A stretch of 64,000 bases of DNA from Psammoneis japonica (Eukaryota), in the NCBI GenBank assembly GCA_008632985.1, contig QPGO01000264.1, positions 1 to 64,000 of the forward strand, given 5' to 3'. Made by a program: the position numbers and the translations under genes. Below the pieces are notes generated by a model. That model had not been told where the DNA came from and did no database searches. It saw nothing but the letters and a program-made list of their open reading frames with translations. Shown piece by piece: positions 59,840 through 64,000 of this stretch. Positions within the stretch are counted from its first letter, which is position 1. The number at the start of each line of letters is the position of its first letter.

Positions 59840-61289
59840 TGGTCCATCAACTGTTGATCAACTGTCTGACAACCGCCAAATCACAAAGGCAGACATTGAC
59901 AGCAAACACAAGCTTTGCAATGAGCATGGTCAGATGCACGTGATGCCATGTGGCAATCTCTTTCTGTCAAAGACAATGGAGAGAGAACTTGTGCCCTTCT
60001 TTGTTCAACTCTTTGATCTGTGTGTGTTGTGTGATTGGCAAACTGCACTTGAATGCATTGTGAAACTGCCCCTTCTCTCTTCCTCAAAATTGATTCAAGA
60101 GTGCGGCATCCCATGTCTGGCTTGACATGTCCACATTGTGCATGCATGTTGGGCGCAATTGCTGGGCAATTTGTGATTGAAATTGTCAAAGCTGTTCCTG
60201 CGGTTGCTTCCATTTGCAGCAAATCTGGTTTTTCTCCCATTGACTTTACGTTGTTGCATGGACATCATTGTCCTGCATCTGTTTTGCTCAACAGGATGAT
60301 TGAAGAGGGGTTCATGTCTGAGAATGGTCCTGACATGAGGCAAGGAGTTGTCTCTAAACTCAGCTTGACAAGTGGTGCTTGCATGTTTTTGCACGCAAAT
60401 GCATTGAGCACATTCTGTCAAAATTGCTCTGTGGAGATTGACTTGGCATGTGATCTTGTGTGGACAGGAGAAACAACTCTTGATCATCTGTTTGAATTTG
60501 GTTTCAGAGATCATGACAACCGTGATTGGACAAAGAGATCCACCAACTTTTGTGGTGGAAGTCATCATCACAAGGATGTCAATGACCCTTTCTTTCAAAT
60601 GACATTGTCCATGCTGTTGACTTCTTTCTGTCATGGGACAACGGAGCTTGCAAGAGCCAGAAACTCTTTCTCACCATCACCACCAGACGGCACCACCTTT
60701 CAACCACTGCATGCATTGGCGGGAATGGAGAACCCACCTCTTGCCATTGCGTTTGTTTCTACATGGCTTGCCACAATTTTGCATGAAAACCTGCGATGCT
60801 TTGGGAAATGTGCCAGCTCACATTGCGTGCTCAGTTTCACCCCCAAGAAAACAGTGTTTTGAGCCATTTTGTGTTTGCAATCTTTGGAACAGAAATGACA
60901 ATGTTTGCAACAATGACAACAACTTGTGACATTGTGGCCATTGCAAGCATCCCATTGAAAGCTTGTTGAAGACCAACAAATCATTGGCATCATCCCCAAA
61001 TGAGAACGGCATGTTTCCTGTGCAGATGGAAATCAATTCTGGATGAAATTGGCATCAGGGCATTGATTTGCCATGCAAAAGCAACCCCAATGCACTCAAC
61101 ATTGTTGATCCATTGACAAAGCTGCCACTTGCATTTCATGCAGCTGACGAAAAGGGCAGATCACCTGTTGCTGTCATTTGCAAATTGATGTGGAACAATC
61201 TGAGTGCCCTTGTTGGAGGACAAGAATCATCTGCTGAAGAAGCAATTTGTCAACCAATCAAGCACACTGGGGTTTCTCCCCAGTGTTGA
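59840..61289 (+). pseudogene. Ankyrin-like repeat protein of diatom type, degenerate
   Basis: RHPMSGLTCPHCAC; C-terminal GMFPVQMEINSG*NWHQG...PNALNIVDPLTKLPLAFHAA...VICKLM resembles the terminal ankyrin-like module of diatom proteins. Confidence 0.45.
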
Positions 61290-62399
61290 CAAGCTTTTGT
61301 GCAAAGCTTTGATTTGACAACACAATCTAACTTCAGGTTGGACCATGCTTTTTGAAGGTCAATGTGATGAAGACTGAGTGTTGCAGCTTGGATTCAATGA
61401 GGAAGGCCAGATGAAATTGACCAAAAGGTCCTGGCAGATTTGGTCAAAGATGTTGATTCAGTGACTCTTGCTGCAATTGGATTTGGTCTGATTGCCTTTG
61501 ACTTTTTCATCCTGGTGAGTGCTGGAGATGGAGGAATGTCAGGGCTTGTGACACAAACCATCAACGCTGCAAGCTAAAACAAGCAAATGAATCAGGGTGA
61601 TGATCAAGACAAACTTGCACGTGCCAGCAAACCAAGGAGGTTTGACCATGATGATGTCTCACCTGGATCAAGAAGCTTCTTTGATGACCTTGATGACATG
61701 ACATGCAACACCCTGTGAAACGATCAAAGCTGACCCCAGATGCCATTGAACGAGTGCATCGCATCAGCTGCAAATCATTGCCACATGTCCTTCACGCCAT
61801 TTGATCTCTTGACAATGGAGTGTTTGAAAGCAGCTGTGGCCACTCATTGCTGAAGTGAGAATCTCATGCTGGCACAACAAAATTGTGCAGTCTCACGTGG
61901 CAAACATTCTGTTTGCAATGTCTGGACTGCACAAGGCATTGCTCAGGCTCTGCCACACAAGCTGGAAAGGTCTGATCAACCCATCTGCTCAGTTGAACAC
62001 TTCCACTCAACTCAAAGATGCAATGCAAAGTGAGAGGGACACCACATGGGAGGCACCAGTGCAGTCTGTCCAGCACCAATTTGAGTTTGTCATTTGCAGC
62101 AGGCACCAGTGTGGTTTTGAAATTTTTGTTGCCCAGCCAGGTTGAAGACATCTTCTTCCATCTCATTTGACAATCTTGAGACTGCCATGGCCAGGTTGAA
62201 GACATCTTCCATCTCACTTGGCAGTCTCAAGACTGCCACAGTCTGCAACAAGAAACCTCCGTTTTCTCACCATGGTGAGCAAGCTGCAAAGGGAAGAAGA
62301 TGACAGGTGTTGCACAGAGATTTACCTTTTTCTGCACCAACCTCATTCTTGCAATGCTTGCACGAGGCTCAAGGCTCTCCTTTGAAGGAAAGGAAAAGG

Positions 62400-63935
62400 A
62401 AAGACCCATTTCTTTGTCTTGTCATGGAAGCAAACTGGCTCAAATCTTCTTTGTGGGATCTTGCGCCATCATCCAGAAATTGCAATGCACAACGAGCTGT
62501 TCAACCCAACTGACATCTTTGTGCATTGTCCATCAATCACGAGGCATGTTGGTGAAGACCCAAATGACAAGGGCTTGCAATGGACTCACCTTGCTCGGGA
62601 TCTCTGCCCAGATGGAATTCTGGAGCACATTTGGACCGGCAAGTGTGCCAGCAGCAAAGAAATCAAGGAAGGAGCAAGGCTGTAGAACTCAAGTCATTTC
62701 CCAACAACTGGCCTGGCAAGAATGAAGACATCTGGAGAACGTCAATCTTGGAAAACCACTGCATCAAAAAGATCATGCTGTGCCAAGAAGATGAGCTTGC
62801 AGTCTTCATTTTGATGCCACGTGCAGAAAAGAATGGACCCTGCATGAGACTCTCAAGCACCCCAAAGGTCTCAAGGTTCACACAGACCCAGCGTGCTTTC
62901 AGGCATTTGTCAACAACTGCAGAGACACCTTTCAATGCAAGCACAAGTCTCCAACAGAAAAACGTGATGCTTTCCAAATCAATTGTGAGCAGATTGTAGA
63001 AGAAGAGCACTTTGATGAAAATGTCTGGCCTCTTCTCTGGCACTTCTTAGAAGTTGATGACAGTGCAACACCAAAGCGGCTCAAGGAGATTGTGGGGTAA
63101 GCTGATGATGACAAGAACCCATCAGAAATCATTTCAAGCTGTGAAGAACTCAAGTTCTGCTTCCGACATGCCAACATGATGCCTTTTCTACATGGGCATC
63201 AAGCACGATGTCTTCTGCATTCAACAAATCTGCTGGCAAGGTGAAGGCTGCTGGAGATCATCTGCTCAAGAAGGCAAGCTTCACAGTCGTTGGACAATTC
63301 TCCTCCCCATTTGCTCTAGAAGGACTCAAAGCAACACCAACAGGGTTTTGCACCGGGATGCGATCATCACCAACTTCAAAGCCAACCGGCTTTTCGAACT
63401 TGTGAGTTCCTCTCAACACTCAGTGGTGGACACTTTTGCAGAAGGTGAATGTTGGGTGCACCTTGAAAACTTTGCCTCTTCCCTGAAGGAAACTTGTTCT
63501 TCCCAGAAGCTCAAAGACACAGTGTGCGTCATTGGAATTGACGTGGACAACAAGATCTTAATTTCAAATCATGCAAAACATCAGATCAGCGACGTGCTTT
63601 GTCCATGCAAGGTTGTTTTTGTTTCCATCTCTGCCATCATGTGCTGTCATGTCTGCAGGATTTGGAGCCACCTGGTGAGCAACACTGGTCAACATGGCAA
63701 CTTTGTTGTGCTTTTTGGCGATGACATTGTTTTGGAAACAAAAGGATGGCAAGACAGAGTTGAGGCACGTTTCCACAAGATTGCAGTTCAAACAGGATTG
63801 CCCTTTGGTGCTGCGCACATCACTCTAAATGACAAGTCATTTCCCAGCTTTCCCACCTTTCCTGCTGTCCATCGATGGTGCATCAACCACTTTGACCACC
63901 TGTTGCTGAAGCAGCTCATGAGTCAGGGAGCAGAG
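62400..63935 (+). pseudogene. Sulfotransferase (Stf0-like) followed by a GT-A glycosyltransferase-like domain, degenerate
   Basis: KQTGSNLLCGILRHHPEIAMHNELFNP, KAVELKSF, KKIML; then CVIGIDVD, FVVLFGDDIVLETKGW, GLPFGAAHITLNDKSFPSFPTFPAVHRW; stops and frameshifts. Confidence 0.65.
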
Positions 63936-64000
63936 GTGCACAAATCGTCTGTTGTTGTTCGCACACGTGCATTCGCACACTCAGCGCGTGCACGAACGAC

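Noticed and set aside
1..64000. Hundreds of overlapping Cys/His/Gln/Met-rich ORFs in all six frames
   Set aside because: Expected by-product of losing TAA/TAG and gaining TG/CA; not evidence of real or overlapping genes
1..64000. Classical RIP, CpG decay alone, or GC-biased gene conversion as the cause of the composition
   Set aside because: RIP would raise TpA; CpG decay cannot turn Tyr into Cys/His; gene conversion would not spare AA, TT and AT, and poly-A/T runs are intact

Overview
Eukaryotic DNA, most likely from a diatom (inferred from CoDi-type Copia elements and diatom-type gene families). It is a repeat-dense region made almost entirely of decayed transposons: one near full-length Copia LTR element plus three Copia fragments, several Dada-like DDE elements (one with an inserted DEDDy exonuclease), a P-element-like transposon with TIRs, a CRE-like non-LTR fragment, a Helitron helicase fragment, MITEs and satellites. 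Decayed host-type genes lie among them (FAD monooxygenase, sulfotransferase plus glycosyltransferase, ankyrin-like). The main signal is a strand-symmetric, context-specific hypermutation that has erased most TpA dinucleotides (TA->TG and TA->CA) alongside ordinary CpG decay. It turns conserved Tyr into Cys/His and removes TAA/TAG stops, the opposite direction to fungal RIP. It is directly visible in the LTR pair, tandem duplications, satellite units and old versus young MITE copies. It stops at two TA-normal islands (about 4.5-7.6 kb, a Crinkler-like NTPase-REase gene; about 24.6-26.1 kb, a membrane protein gene) and spares a young MITE. Most ORFs in the supplied track are artefacts of stop-codon loss. 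All family calls come from motif recognition by eye; no database search was run.
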